Source: Naegleria gruberi
Lineage: Eukaryota
Assembly: GCA_000004985.1 (NCBI GenBank)
Contig: GG738924.1
DNA: 64,000 bases
Reading direction: 5' to 3' (one strand)
Shown: positions 24,501-36,754 of the stretch, in pieces
How the letters are laid out: every line of letters starts with the position of its first letter
How positions within the stretch are numbered: position 1 is the stretch's first letter
Program-made: the position numbers and the translations under genes
The notes under the pieces: generated by a model
The model's input: only the letters and a program-made list of their open reading frames with translations
Told to the model about the DNA's origin: nothing
The model's database searches: none

Positions 24501-25238
24501 ATTGGTGACAAGTTCTCATCTCGTCACGGTCAAAAGGGTACTTGCGGTATTACATATAGACAAGAAGATTTACCATTCACTCGTGAAGGTATTGTTCCAG
24601 ATATTATTGTCAACCCACACGCTATTCCATCTCGTATGACAGTCGGTCAGTTGATTGAATGTTTATTGGGTAAGATCAGTTCCTTGTCTGGTAACGAAGG
24701 TGATGCTACACCATTCACTGATGCAAACGTTAACTATTTCTCTGAAATGTTGCACTCATTGGGTTATCAAAAACGTGCCAATGAAGTCATGTTCAATGGT
24801 CACACTGGTAGAAAATTGGAAGCTCAAATCTTTATTGGTCCAACTTATTACCAACGTTTGAAGCACATGGTCGACGATAAGATTCACTCTCGTGCAAGAG
24901 GTCCATTACAAAACTTGACAAGACAACCTGTAGAAGGTCGTGCTAGAGATGGTGGTTTGCGTTTCGGTGAAATGGAACGTGATTGTATGATTTCCCATGG
25001 TTCTGCTGCTTGGCTTAAAGAACGTTTGTTCCAAGTTTCTGACGAATACCGAGTTCACATTTGTAATGTTTGTGGTATGATGGCAACTGCTAATATCAAA
25101 CAACAACAATTCAAGTGTGATGCCTGTGATAACAAGACTAGTTTCTCTCAAGTTTTCATTCCATATGCTTTCAAGTTGATGATTCAAGAACTTATGGCTA
25201 TGAACTTGGCTGTTAGAATTATTACTGCTACTGAATAA
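21537..25238 (+). CDS. RPB2: DNA-directed RNA polymerase II second-largest subunit (RPB2), 1233 aa, single exon
   Basis: Full-length collinear match to eukaryotic Rpb2, including [16 protein letters not shown], the C-terminal Zn ribbon CNVCG...CDACDN, and an acidic low-complexity N-terminal extension. Ends in TAA. Confidence 0.95.
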   Translation: MMDDNNPNMDDMEYEDDEQMDYEDNNQYAGISMEDDQQNFNFNEADELKVQEDVWPVITAFFDQKGGLVRQQLDSFNVFIQQTIQELVEGTSEIMLSSSASYKVGQKRDQQQNQPQFKYNIKFGQIYLSRPTVDTKSEQIEAYSSVYPNDARLRNLTYSSPLYVDIHEKKITLRPGSTANIYTAQVGEEDTDDFIVQSKIHNQIPLGSIPIMLRSVYCMLSEVQDVTDVGECPFDSGGYFIINGGEKVIIAQERMATNHVYVFKKAMSKFSYVAEIRSSQEGGYRAPSGFFIKMEPKQGNKKGGIGGLIHATIPYIRQDIPIVILFRALSCQADKEIIKHIIYNLNDGQMMELLRPSLEEAVAVLSNTVALDYIGKRGNTLGASQEKRMNHAEEILQKEMLPHVGIGDTSYDRKAYFIGYMVHRLLLGALGRRPLDDRDHYGNKRLELAGGLLQGLFLQLFKKVVKEMESTLKKSILKSSEIDVAPAVNKRTITKGLQYSLATGNWGVQGSRDIRAGVAQVLNRLTYTSTLSHLRRLNTPIERSGKQAAPRQLHNTQWGVICPAETPEGGACGLVKNLALMSYITVGTDKTHISKMLDELGINKLHELDESDLNKYTKVFLNGMWMGVHHTPDELVKHLRVLRRTGAVDMQVSIVRDVREREVRIWCDSGRCARPLFIVDRDHDTLFIKNQHVQALRENTMNWDNLLEQGLVELIDTEEEESIMIAMDFRELVEKRSSANEGKSRKGGSRQPYTHAEIHPSMILGILGSIIPFPDHNQSPRNTYQSAMGKQAMGVYITNFQQRMDTLAHVLYYPQRPLVTTQPMEYLRFGELPAGQNAVVAIACYSGYNQEDSVIMNQSAIDRGLFRSVFYRTYSDHERKKGNFLLENFEKPKRDTTAGMKTSTYEKLEDDGIIAPGVRVSGSDIIIGKTVPLPEESAKQKTSRQTRLDMSTPLRSNENGIVDTVVVTTDSEGFKFVKIKVRVVRIPQIGDKFSSRHGQKGTCGITYRQEDLPFTREGIVPDIIVNPHAIPSRMTVGQLIECLLGKISSLSGNEGDATPFTDANVNYFSEMLHSLGYQKRANEVMFNGHTGRKLEAQIFIGPTYYQRLKHMVDDKIHSRARGPLQNLTRQPVEGRARDGGLRFGEMERDCMISHGSAAWLKERLFQVSDEYRVHICNVCGMMATANIKQQQFKCDACDNKTSFSQVFIPYAFKLMIQELMAMNLAVRIITATE

Positions 25239-25742
25239 ATATTTAATTTATTCTATTGTTAAATCTCCATCACTATAATACTTTGAATTGTAAATAAATG
25301 AAATTATAAAAATTGTTAATATTCTTATCATGTTGGATCTCGAAATTGAATGTTTCATTCGCTTATTATAACAGCGTTCGAGTTCAGTTACTAATATTAA
25401 TTCAATAAGGCTTTGCCGCAATTTCATTCCACCACTAAAAAAATATTTACAGTAAAAACAACAAACAAATCACCACCTCTCACTTCATCCGAGTTGGTGA
25501 ACAAGTGTAAATCATATTTTCAAATAGTAATAACTTTTTATCAAATAGTATTTGCGGAAATTATCAACTTGTTATAATTCCCTACTATAAGTTTTGGAGT
25601 AAGGTTGCTTGTCATATCTTCGCATTAAATTTCTAACAGAAATTCAAAACGAATAGTAGCACAACATCAAGAAGAACTACAACAACAACCACAGATCTTA
25701 ATTGTTATTTAATTATTAATTATTTTCTATTAAAATACAATA

Positions 25743-28239
25743 ATGGATGACCATCAAATATATACATCAACAAATGACAGAGATATCATCATAGAGGAGG
25801 ATGATGCTGATTCAATTCCACCAGAGAGTCCTGCACACAAGCCACCCTCCTACTCACCATCTGTCGCCTTAATTAGCTCTCCGAGCAATCAACACCATCA
25901 ACAAAATCAACCCCACTTTAAAGAAACAATGCCAACACATCAATCCTCTAATGACAATCAAGAAAAACATTCTGGCAGGAAGAATGTTTATATAGAGGAA
26001 GAATTTGAGGACTCTGATGAAGAATCGGAATTTTCAGCAAAACACGAAACATCTGCTTCAACACTCATCTCCCAAACTTCTTCATCTACTGCCAATTCGA
26101 GAACACCTCTCACTACAGCCGATTCTTCCAAATCACGATTTGGACTTAAAATTGATATTCCCTCAAATCATCATCATGATTCTTTTCCACTAGAACATCA
26201 CGATATTACCATGCATCATTTAAAATCTCAACTCTATGAAGATGAAGATTATATTGAGGAGCTGGAAAAGATTGCAACACCAAAGAGGGGAGAGGATCGT
26301 TCTCGAGGTGTTCATTTCGATCAAGCAGCCACCAATAAGGAGGAAGAAGAACTTTTTGTAAAAACACTTTCAGCTAGAAAACATTCCCATAGTCATCCTG
26401 AAAAGAAACCACTTCCAACCACGCCAAAAGGAGAGAAATCCCTTGAGGAATTAATAACACTGAGTCCAATCGGAAAAGCCAAATTTCTTCATCAGGACAC
26501 TTCACCAAAAACTAAACATTTTGTAACTGGTTCGAAAATGTTTAATGTCACAACAGAGCAATCAACTGTACCGACCCATACAAAGAATTCATCACTCTCC
26601 TATAAGAATATGAGTGGTGTAAAATTGAGCAAACTCGAGCAGATTTACCAAAACTATTCAAAACCAACGCAACTTACTCCTCATACAATTGAGGAATCTC
26701 ACATTACCGAGAAACGATTGAAGAAAATTAGATCGAGTGTTCCATTTCATTCCAATGAAATTATTAAGGCAGATGTTTTGCTAAAGGAAGATTTTACTCA
26801 TTCACCAACTAGTCCAACTTATCAGTCCTCTTGGTCTGCTTTTAAAGAGGCCAATTCATTGCCCTCTCCTCCCAGTCTTAATAATACCATGTCGAGTGTT
26901 AATACCTATCAACAGGATATGTCCTACTCAAGTCCAAAGAGTAATGGAAGTCAGAATTTATCACCCTCATCTAAGAGTGGACAACCTTTGGATTCTCCTT
27001 CACACCAATCTACGACGAGTACATTCAGAGCTTCGAGTCCAACCAACACTTCCCCTTCTAAAAACGGATCTTGGTCCAAATTTACAGGAGGTTTTTATAA
27101 TAGTCCCGTAGGTTTTTGTAATGTCTTGATGATCATCTTAACATTTTTATTCAAATTTATTTTCAATAATGACTATTATTTCAACAGAGATGTTTCAATA
27201 CAAATCACAAACACCTCAATGATCCAAACTTTTTAAGAAAGAATGCCAATGAGGAGGTTCCAGCCAAAAGAATCATGGTTGAAAGCGAGAAAGACAACCC
27301 AACTCTGCAAAAGAAAAAGGAAGAAATCAAAAGTGCACATGCTAAATGTCAAGTTCGATCATTCAGTCCAACTACACGTTCAAGAAATAATTCTCTTGAT
27401 GGCGGCTCGTTAAAATCTGTAAATAGTAGTTTAGATAGATCATCAATACTTGAAGGTCACACTCAATTCACTGCTCAAAACAATTCTCATCTTGGTGAAA
27501 CTGATCCTGATACCCTATCGATAAGGGCCCACTCTGTCATTTCACCAATGCCTCTGGACAGAAACCCTAGGAAGGAGAAGCTCACTGCAGATGACATTCA
27601 CAGGAAGCGAAACCAGAAGTTTAATGATCCAAATACTATGCATGCCCATTCCTCATTCATAACTCAATTCAGACCAAAACAAATGAAGAAAAGAAATCCT
27701 GACGAAACCGAGGAGGAAGCTAGCCAAAGAAGAATCTACGAAAATGCCACTAAAAAGGAGATTAAGGTTGAGCATTTGAGTACGAAAAAGGCAAACTTTT
27801 TCAATTTTAAAGATTTTGATAGAAGCACTATGGCTCTTGTAAATAATGCAGATCCTGCTCTAGCAAAGTTATTTGATGCAAAGAATTATCCAGCCGAGAT
27901 GCAAGCCCAAGTGGAATATTTCAAGAGACGAAGAAATATGAATAAGAATGATTACCAGAATTTCAGTCCCAATAGATCTCAAAAACAACATACGCCTTAT
28001 TTATATTACAGGTAAGTAGGTGTGCAGATATGCAATTCAGAAATACATCATTTAATAGACGAAATGCCATCAAACAATATATGGAATTCAAGCATAAATT
28101 GGAATGTGTTTTGGGAGAGGAAATTGAAGATCTTCCTCACAATCTTTTCAAAGGTGATCAGAATACTTTGAATGTTTCTCTTCCTAGTATCAAACAAAAG
28201 ATGGAAGACAATCGTGCCAATACTTCCGCAATAAATTAA
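25743..28239 (+). CDS. Ser/Thr/Pro/Gln-rich low-complexity protein, probably 3 exons (25743..27107, 27188..28011, 28059..28239)
   Basis: Intron 27108..27187 (GTAGGT...TTTCAACAG, 80 nt) joins ORF 25743 in phase to ORF 27275. Intron 28012..28058 (GTAAGT...TTTAATAG, 47 nt) joins in phase to ORF 28030. No recognisable domain. Ends in TAA. Confidence 0.45.
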
Positions 28240-28330
28240 TCCATCTTGTTTTTGAATCAAAATTTTAATAGGTGAATAAATTAGAAAAAGTGTAAATAAT
28301 GCCATTCAAATTCTCGGGAATGGCATTGAA

Positions 28331-29027
28331 TTATTTAGATTGTTTCAACAACCAATCAACAACATCTGTGATATTGGTCTTGTGAAGGGCAGAAATTGGA
28401 ATGACAGCCCAAGGATTCTTATTGTTATCAATATAATCCAAATTCAAATGTTTAACAATATCATCCTTTGTGAATCTTCGTTCAATATCAATCTTATTCA
28501 AAACAACCAACAATGGTTTACCTTCCAAACCCTTATTTTCCAACAATTTGTGTAATTCTCTTCTAGCATCAGGTACTTTATCAATATCAGCACCATCCAC
28601 AACAAATACCACCACATCACATGACTTTGTATGTTCCAACCACTGTAGATTTGATCATTCAATTAGAACTCCGAGCGGAGCTTTAAAAACTTACCAAATT
28701 TCTGAAACGCTCTTGACCTCCAAGATCCAACACTATGAAATTTCACAAACAATGTTATAACATGATGAAAATATGGAATAAGGATCAATTTGATGAATAA
28801 TGTTAACACGATCATCAAATAAACATCAAATACAAACCTTTCATTGTAACACTACCCTTCTTGACATGTCTCATATTCACACCAACAGTTGGCAAAGTAT
28901 CTCCAGGTTCGTTATCACTAATGACGTTCAACAAGGTTGTTTTACCACTATTAGCCAAACCAACCATTAAAATTTCAATTTGTTTTCCATTAAACAATTC
29001 CCACAACTTTGAAAATAGAGCACCCAT
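28331..29027 (-). CDS. ARL8: ARF-like GTPase ARL8 orthologue, 3 exons (29027..28846, 28732..28695, 28642..28331)
   Basis: MGALFSKLWELF...LMVGLANSGKTTLLNV...PTVGVNMR (P-loop, switch I). The tiny exon 2 encodes VLDLGGQERFRNL. Exon 3 encodes ...VVDGAD...LNKIDI...DWLLKQSK. Collinear with ARL8 (PTVGFNMRK / WDIGGQPRFR / NKxD / WL..HSK). Introns are 28845..28733 (GTTTGT...TTTCATAG, 113 nt) and 28694..28643 (GTAAGT...CTACAG, 52 nt). Ends in TAA. Confidence 0.8.
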
Positions 29028-29071
29028 GATGTATTCTTAAAGTAGTACTATATATCTTTTGTACACTATAT

Positions 29072-29096
29072 TAATAATAATAATAATAATAATAAA
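29072..29096. repeat. (TAA)n microsatellite in the intergenic region; a (GAT)n tract lies nearby at about 29163-29176
   Basis: Direct reading: taataataataataataataataaa. Confidence 0.7.
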
Positions 29097-30144
29097 TTGA
29101 TGATGATCAATTAATATTCTATAAGAAAAACTGTATCTATCTATACAAATAAAAAAACAAAATGATGATGATGATCAAACTCTTGTTACTCCTCCGAAAC
29201 AATGATGCGATCACAAAATAAAAATTGATGATGAAAAAATTAGCGCGAGAGAACACAAACGCTGTTTGCTGTTTGGAAATAAATTACGGTATTTTTTTTG
29301 GAAGAGAAAAGCGCTGATAATTTAATGCTGAAATTTTAAGAGTTTCGTTTTTTTCAAGTCAACATGGAAATTGGATGAAAGGAAGGGATTGGGAGGTGTT
29401 GAGAGGAATGTTGAAAGGTTTTGGAGTCAGTGAGCTGTAGATGGTGAATTTCTTGATTTGGAAAGACAATTAGTAGCAGAAGATTTTATGAAATTTGACT
29501 TGGGAAGAAAGGTGAGAAGGTTTCTAATAGTGTTGGAGGATATTTTCGGAGAGAAGGTGAAAATAGATTGTGAGAAGTGAGTTGTAGTATTGTGAAATAG
29601 CTCTGAATCTCATTAATTTCTAAATTTCTAATGTGAAATTTAAGAAACAAAACATTTCTATTTGAATTGAAACTATTTTACCAAATGAACAAAAAATGAA
29701 AATCAACATTAATAATAAAAAACAACTTCCCTTAATGACAACAAGTTATTAATATTCAATTCTTAATTTCTTTCCATTTAATAACTTCCTAATTGTGCTA
29801 ATCCGCGGATTTAAGAGATCTAATTTCTCCGCCTTAGATATTTTAACAATTTTACATCGACCCTTAATTTACAGTGAAAATATCTACACAAGAAAATCTT
29901 TGCAAATTAGAGTCAAAAGATGTGATACATAGCTTTGAAATATTTTTGTAAACTTTCAAAATATTGAACTCGGAAAAAAATTGGAGATGTTGGAGTAGAT
30001 CACCAATTCTCAATGTGAGTTGCTTTGGAATTAATTAAAAAAAAATCCTTAATAACATTGAGCGAGCTGATTATCTTTATTTCTTGAATAATTATTGTAA
30101 AGATTGGCGCCAAAATTAATTCCAATGAAAAAGTAAAAAAAAAA

Positions 30145-31482
30145 ATGGCAACACATGATCTTTCCTCCACCTTCTTCATTTTTCATGCAGGAAAACGATT
30201 GCAAATTAATTGCATGGTGCGTGATAATTCACTTCATCATGATGTGTATGAAATTGACAATAATTCACCACCAATATCTTCCGAAATAATTGATCATCCT
30301 AATAGGCTGGATAGTAACCAAGAAGGAAAAAGTAAAAAAAGGAAGACCGACTTGTTTTCATCCACAAATACGAAAGTAGATGAAAGTAAAAATTCCAATG
30401 TTTGGAAGAAACTTAAAATTTATAATGAAAGAAATTTCATTCCGATCGAGAGAGAATTATTGTTGAATCAGAGAGATGTTTTTCAGGAGATTATGTCTTG
30501 CTTGGATGTGGAGAGTATTGCTTTAATATTGAGAGGTGTTTGTAAAACATGGCATGATTGGATTATGGTTGATTTTAATGGTCATTGGACGAAACAATAT
30601 GAAAAGATGTGTAATTTTGAATTATTTAGTGGATGTCAATTAAGGACATGTCAAAAGTCTTTTTTATTGAACTTGTATATTTTGGAAAAGGCCAAGAGAA
30701 AGCAAGCTAATTTTACAAAATACAGACTTGATGAGTTTACTCGTGTTCGTTATGATTTATATCAAGATCCAAATTATGGAATAGTTAAAGAGATAGTCAA
30801 GCCACGATTGTTTCTTTTGGAAATTAAGAATGAGTCGAATTATTTTGGAAAGGATAGTACAAGAATTATAGAATTGACTTCAATACTTAATCTTGGAGAA
30901 CATGGTTTTGTGAAATTTTACTATTCCTTTAAGGATTTAACACCAAACAATGGTGAAAGTGAAGTTGAAATCAACATTACTCACAAGATGTTACTGAACT
31001 CTTTTGATTGGGGTAATTCGAATCCCTTACTTGAAAGTTATGAGTACGCAGGTCCTTCCAATGTAAAAAGAAATGACGAGCTAATCAAACACATCATGTC
31101 TTTGATTGGCCTTGATAGTTGTGCAATTAGAGCTTTCCTTGCTTTTGTAACGGTTGACTTGGCTTTTAAATTTATTTATCAGATGCAATACTATGAATAC
31201 CATGAAAAAATGTTTGGTTCATATGAATGTGATCACTCTACATCACAACCAGGAGGAGTACAGAAGCAGGAATTACCAATTACTCCTATTGCTCAATTTC
31301 TGTTTTCACAACAAATTCCTCAATTTCATCCAGTAACAAGTCAACCAGTTTATCAACCAACAGTGATTCATCGACCTCAATCTATGCAGTTTGTAGAACA
31401 ACTCCAACCGATTCCAACTTATTCCCAATATGTAATGCAACAAGATCCACAACAACATGTATTGACATATCCTCGAAATTGA
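30145..31482 (+). CDS. F-box-like protein with a Q/P-rich C-terminus (445 aa)
   Basis: QRDVFQEIMSCLDVESIALILRGVCKTWHDWI is F-box-like. C-terminal PQFHPVTSQPVYQP low complexity. Ends in TGA. Confidence 0.5.
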   Translation: MATHDLSSTFFIFHAGKRLQINCMVRDNSLHHDVYEIDNNSPPISSEIIDHPNRLDSNQEGKSKKRKTDLFSSTNTKVDESKNSNVWKKLKIYNERNFIPIERELLLNQRDVFQEIMSCLDVESIALILRGVCKTWHDWIMVDFNGHWTKQYEKMCNFELFSGCQLRTCQKSFLLNLYILEKAKRKQANFTKYRLDEFTRVRYDLYQDPNYGIVKEIVKPRLFLLEIKNESNYFGKDSTRIIELTSILNLGEHGFVKFYYSFKDLTPNNGESEVEINITHKMLLNSFDWGNSNPLLESYEYAGPSNVKRNDELIKHIMSLIGLDSCAIRAFLAFVTVDLAFKFIYQMQYYEYHEKMFGSYECDHSTSQPGGVQKQELPITPIAQFLFSQQIPQFHPVTSQPVYQPTVIHRPQSMQFVEQLQPIPTYSQYVMQQDPQQHVLTYPRN

Positions 31483-31571
31483 TGTTTCTTTTTACAATTT
31501 GGTGATCTAGGCATTTTGAATAATAAGTTAAATCATTGATCAGTTTCTATCTTTAATCTATTCGAAAGGGT

Positions 31572-32914
31572 TTAGTTCAACAAATGATCTGAATCAAACT
31601 TGGAAAGCAAAGTAACCAAATTAACACATCTCTCTCCACAACGATCCATTTCAGAACTTCCAATAATCGGCATCTTTTTTCTGACAACCACAACGTGAAT
31701 TTCTCTTGCTTGTAAAAAAGACGAAACTGTGAAATCCAAATCAATTCTTCTCCATTTGATATCTTGCAAGTTTTTCAACATTTTCACTTCAAATTCAACT
31801 TCAAAATAATTATCCCTACAGAGACTTTTGTGTTTGTCGTTGGAAATTCCATCAAATGGTTCAATTTCGGTTCCTTTCCAACTTGCTTTCCTTAATGTTT
31901 CAATTCGCTCATTTAGTCCAGTTTCTCCTTCTCCTTTAGCTGTGAAAAATTCACTCAGTAACGAGACATATTCTGGAGAATCCAAAAAATCCCCACCAAT
32001 CCCTCCAATTTTCATCGAAGCTTCACCATAACCATTATTCAAATATGGATTAAATGATCGAATCGAAGCCGATGGAAATGGAACAGTCGAATCCAAATGA
32101 CACGAAGCAATTAAAGTTCTATACGGAAACATTTTCAAAACTTTCACATAATCTGAATCTGGCAAACTCATTCTATAAAGCAATGATTCCTCAATTGAAT
32201 TTCCATCATTTAAAATCAATTCCTTTCCAGTTTTTCCAAGAATTGAAAGAAAAGTATGAGCTGCTATTCTGTACGCTGAGCCGAAATAGTTTCCACCTCC
32301 TGGTCTTCTAGAACCCAAATGTGGAGTTGAAATTGTTGTAAAGCTCTTTGAAAGTTGGTGAAATTTGTAAATATTCGAAACTTACACATGGAACTAAATG
32401 AGGGAAAATATCATCTACGAAATGTTTCGAATATTCTGGGAGTAAATCATGTGATTTTTCATTATTTGGTAGATCGTATAACAATTTGATGAAATATCTT
32501 CCGATTAATCCTCCAAGAGAATGTCCAATTATACTCAATTTCAATTTCTTTCCATTCGAAAGTAAAGACGAAACCTTTCTTTCATAAATAATTTTCAAAA
32601 CTTCCTTCAATACATTCACTCCCAAACTTTCAATGCCATCAGCTGTTTTCCCTTCATTACAAGCACAATCAATAATCTTTCCGATATTCAAATTAATTAA
32701 AAAATTGAATTAAACTTACAATGGCATGTTCCGAATCTTTATTCGAATCATCATTATATAATTCTTTTAATTTCTGTGCAATAAAGTGAAAATCTTGTTG
32801 TTTTCCATGCAAGCCATGAATCAAAATGTACAAATCACAATGTTTCACAATATTTTCTTCTTGTTCGAAACTATTCGTTTCCGTTACTTGATATTCAATC
32901 AAATCTTCAAACAT
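31572..32914 (-). CDS. DUF676 putative serine esterase/lipase (alpha/beta-hydrolase), 3 exons (32914..32720, 32676..32386, 32345..31572)
   Basis: HGLHG oxyanion-type motif in exon 1. GHSLGGLIGRY nucleophile elbow in exon 2. Intron 32719..32677 (GTAAGT...GGAAAG, 43 nt) and intron 32385..32346 (GTAAGT...TTTCAAAG, 40 nt) restore one continuous frame. The ORF-track stops lie inside the introns. Ends in TAA. Confidence 0.7.
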
Positions 32915-33463
32915 TTTTTAAATTGTTTTCCAATACACGTGTTTAATACACATCAACACTCTATTAATAATTGCAAACACTCCTAATCCAATCAAAAAAC
33001 CAATTATAAGAAATTTCTTATTTCATTCCACATTGAATGGAATTAGATTTTTTTTTAATGTGGAGGATTGAAAAATGGCTTAATTGTTATAAAATTTTGA
33101 TGCAAGGCTTGGGGCTGTTACTTGATGAAAAAGCAATGCGAAACAACAAATGATCATAGAAACCTTTCAGGTGGTCCATTCTATTCACAGTACAATTTTA
33201 AATTGTTCAATTGTTAAATTCATTACAAATGAAGGTAATTTCCACATGCACCCATTGACACTTCTTTAATTAGAATTTATCGTGCTACACCCAAATATGA
33301 AAAGGAGCGGCAAAATTTTAACACAATATTTGTAATGCAAGGTGACATTCCATTCGATAGTGCAATTTTCATTGGGGAAGGATTATTCATCATTGTTATT
33401 CACCGGTGAAAATTCATGTTACTCTTTAATGATTATTTTTGTAATTCTCAATAGAAAAAAAAC

Positions 33464-34474
33464 ATGTTACTTGGATTGACTGAAGATTATTCGATTTTGT
33501 TGAGAGTGTTTGGATTTTTACCCTTTCAGCATGTAGTGAGAGTGTACTCGGTGGTGTGTAAGCAATGGCATTGCATTTCACTCATGCAAAGTCACTCAAC
33601 TTTGACATTGAATTGGACACGTGACACTGGTCCACATGGAACTGACATGCACGAACGAATGCAAGCATTATCTAACACTCCAATGTTAGCATGTGTTAGT
33701 AGTTTGGATTTGAGTAATAACTTACTTGGAGATGCATGTATTTACATGTTGTGTGAAAGTCCATTTGCATGTAACTTGACGAAACTAAACTTGTCAAGGA
33801 ATGAACTTTCGAATAATGGAGTTTCATATCTTACATCTACTCCATTTCTAGCAAACTTACAAGAATTGAATTTGGAAGGAAATAGAATTTCATCTGAAGG
33901 TTTACAATCAATTTCTGAATGTTCCTTCATGTCAGGATTGAAAACTCTGAATTTAAATCAGAATTTGATAGACGAAAGTGGAGTAATTGCACTCTCGCAT
34001 AGTCCCTACATGTCATGTCTAACGAATTTGAGTTTAAATGTAAATAATATTCGAAACCTAGGTGTAAAGTCAATTAGTTCAAGTATTTTTTTGGCAGATT
34101 TGCAAATTTTGAGTTTATCAGGATGTGGATTGGATAATGAGGATGTAAAATGGATTGCAAATGGGATGATGACTAATTTGGTGGATTTGGATTTGTCTGA
34201 CAATTTGATTAGTGATGTGAGTTCACTTGCAAGTTATTCGAAACTGATGAGATTATCAAAATTGAATCTGAAAGGAAATTATATTATTGAAAAAGATGCT
34301 CTGGTGATTCTCACATCGAATAGTTTATCAAACCTTACTCAATTAAACTTGAGTTGTAATTGTATTGCAAATATAGAAGAAATAAGAAACATTTCGAATA
34401 GTAATAAGAAACTACAAATCGATTTGCAAGATAATGATCCAGTTCGATCATTGCTTCTTGGTGATAATCTTTAA
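33464..34474 (+). CDS. F-box / leucine-rich-repeat (RNI-like) protein
   Basis: F-box LGLTEDYSILLRVFGFLPFQHVVRVYSVVCKQWHCIS followed by more than ten LxxLxLxxNxI(S/G)xxG repeats. Ends in TAA. Confidence 0.65.
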   Translation: MLLGLTEDYSILLRVFGFLPFQHVVRVYSVVCKQWHCISLMQSHSTLTLNWTRDTGPHGTDMHERMQALSNTPMLACVSSLDLSNNLLGDACIYMLCESPFACNLTKLNLSRNELSNNGVSYLTSTPFLANLQELNLEGNRISSEGLQSISECSFMSGLKTLNLNQNLIDESGVIALSHSPYMSCLTNLSLNVNNIRNLGVKSISSSIFLADLQILSLSGCGLDNEDVKWIANGMMTNLVDLDLSDNLISDVSSLASYSKLMRLSKLNLKGNYIIEKDALVILTSNSLSNLTQLNLSCNCIANIEEIRNISNSNKKLQIDLQDNDPVRSLLLGDNL

Positions 34475-34826
34475 TTGAAACTCTCCTAATTAGAATGTAT
34501 TCAATAAAAAATGATGATATGTTTGTAAGATAGTTCAATTTATGAATGAATTCAGCATTATAGAGTGTGATTCTTTCTATTAACCTTGTCATAGGTAAGA
34601 TTCAAGCAGAGCCAAACATAGACAGATCTGGCCTTTTCTTCAATATTATCAAAAGGGCGTGCATTTCTAGCATGAGCATCAGCAAGTTCGTAATTTCTCA
34701 AGGTTTTAAATGGTATTGTTAATGTTAAATTTAATGACAATTTTCTTATCTTTGCTTATCGATATTCTCTTTTAAAGCCAAATAAGTGCAATCAAACAAT
34801 TAACATTGCTTAATGATATCTACAAT

Positions 34827-36584
34827 TTATTGTTGGTTTTTCATCAATTTACCTTTAACATAATCAAATGTTTTTGGAAAGAATCCTTGTTCCTCACTAT
34901 TTGGCTTTACATAAGCATCATAGATTCCATGTAAAACTTCATAAATGTCAGCAACGGTAAAGTTGTAATCTCTCACAAAATCCACAAAATCTTGCATTTT
35001 TTCTGAGATTTCCTTCTCTCCAAAAGTGTAATAATGTAATGGTTTCATGGCAATTGAAGCGGAAATAAATTGAATAATAAACTTGAGCTCCTTATCACAC
35101 AAGAATGCACCACAACCCCAATGTCCAGTACTAATCTTTTCATAAATTTCCAAATCATATAATTCCTTATCAACATGACAAAAGGCAGAGTAGGCCTTTG
35201 TAATTTCTCTATCAATGTGTTCAACTTGCCATTGTTCCAACAAATTGTAACGTGTATAATATTTGGAATCAAATGCCACAATTTGTGAGTTGAAAGACAA
35301 TAAATTTCCATCATACAGTTGTTCATAGTCCTTATCCTGATAATCTCCACCATAGAGCAATGATTTGGCATATCCTTTGTGTGTACTGAATTGTTCAGAT
35401 CCTACAATGAGAATAGATTCATTGTCAGCCATTCTTTCAATAAATAAACGAGAGACAATAGTTTCAGGACTCAATACAAATCTAATTTCCTCTTGTACTG
35501 CACCTGCTCTCAATACACCACCTCCAATATACATATTGGCAAAATCAGCATGTAAAGCTTGTGGACAATCTTCAATAGATCCCTCTGGGTGGATTTGCAT
35601 TTCAGAAAATGTACTTCCTTCCTCATCAGCACTTGCCAACAAAAGTGATTCAATATGGGTTGGATCTACTATCTTTCTAATGAAATGAACATAGCCCATT
35701 CTTGCAATTTCTTCATATCCTCTCTCAGAAAGTCTTTCAAAGTAGTGAATAATCATCAAGAGCTTGCTAGCACTTGCTTCGTGTGGATTATTGATCAATG
35801 AATCCAAATTAATGCTTGGCATGAATAAATGAGGACCATCTCTAGTGTCTCCAATTCTTGGGAAGGTACAGAAAAAGCTGTTTGCTAAAATACAAGCACA
35901 TTCCAATTTGGATAATTTAACACACTTGGAATCAAGTTGAAAAGGTAATTGGTTCAAATCTCCAAGAATAGGCAGCATACCACCATTCTCCTGAATGGTA
36001 GAATGCTTCTGGCTAGAATGGTTGTACAGTTCAGTTTTAGCTCTTGGACCTAAAATAATTGGTGTATCCAAAACAAGTTTCTTGATAAACTCGACAGTCT
36101 CAAAAAACTTGCTTCTTCCTTCCCAAACTTGTCCACATGATGATCCCAACAAGTAGGTCAAATTATTTTCCGCACTGATCACAAATTCATTAAATCCACT
36201 CTTTGATCCCTTCTCAGTTGATCCGTAGACAATATTTTGTACAGTTCTCAAAGTCTCACACAGAATACCTTCATCATTAATATCAGTGCCATACAACAAT
36301 TCGCTCACTTCATTCCAATAGGCATTCATGTGTGGTAAATTTACAAAATTAATCCTTCTATTATCACTCACAAATTCCCTCTGATTGCCTCTCCGATGAG
36401 ATTGAGATGATGATGATTGGTGTGATGATTGTTGCTGTTGTTGTTGATAGTATGTTTCATCTTTCTTTTTACGACCCGATGATCGAGTAACGTGTTTTCC
36501 AGAGTGAGCATTTTCCGAATAGTTTGATCCCTTCGAGTAGAAGGCATCACCACCTCCATTATCAAAGTTGTTTCTTCTTGGCAT
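34827..36584 (-). CDS. PARG: Poly(ADP-ribose) glycohydrolase (585 aa, single exon)
   Basis: Catalytic signature GGGVLRAGAVQEEIRF plus TGHWGCGAF and the Tyr-clasp region. N-terminal poly-Q/S low complexity. Ends in TAA. Confidence 0.9.
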   Translation of the reverse strand: MPRRNNFDNGGGDAFYSKGSNYSENAHSGKHVTRSSGRKKKDETYYQQQQQQSSHQSSSSQSHRRGNQREFVSDNRRINFVNLPHMNAYWNEVSELLYGTDINDEGILCETLRTVQNIVYGSTEKGSKSGFNEFVISAENNLTYLLGSSCGQVWEGRSKFFETVEFIKKLVLDTPIILGPRAKTELYNHSSQKHSTIQENGGMLPILGDLNQLPFQLDSKCVKLSKLECACILANSFFCTFPRIGDTRDGPHLFMPSINLDSLINNPHEASASKLLMIIHYFERLSERGYEEIARMGYVHFIRKIVDPTHIESLLLASADEEGSTFSEMQIHPEGSIEDCPQALHADFANMYIGGGVLRAGAVQEEIRFVLSPETIVSRLFIERMADNESILIVGSEQFSTHKGYAKSLLYGGDYQDKDYEQLYDGNLLSFNSQIVAFDSKYYTRYNLLEQWQVEHIDREITKAYSAFCHVDKELYDLEIYEKISTGHWGCGAFLCDKELKFIIQFISASIAMKPLHYYTFGEKEISEKMQDFVDFVRDYNFTVADIYEVLHGIYDAYVKPNSEEQGFFPKTFDYVKGKLMKNQQ

Positions 36585-36754
36585 TTTTTTTTGTATTTTC
36601 TTGTTTTGTAAAATCTCAATTCTATTAATACAAATTTCTTTATTAAATTCCTAAATTGACAATCAATAAATTGTAATTAGAAATTTCATCATGTTTACTA
36701 CAAGTTCAATATAAAGAAGAGGGAGTGAAAAATAATCAAGTGAGTGCAAATTTT

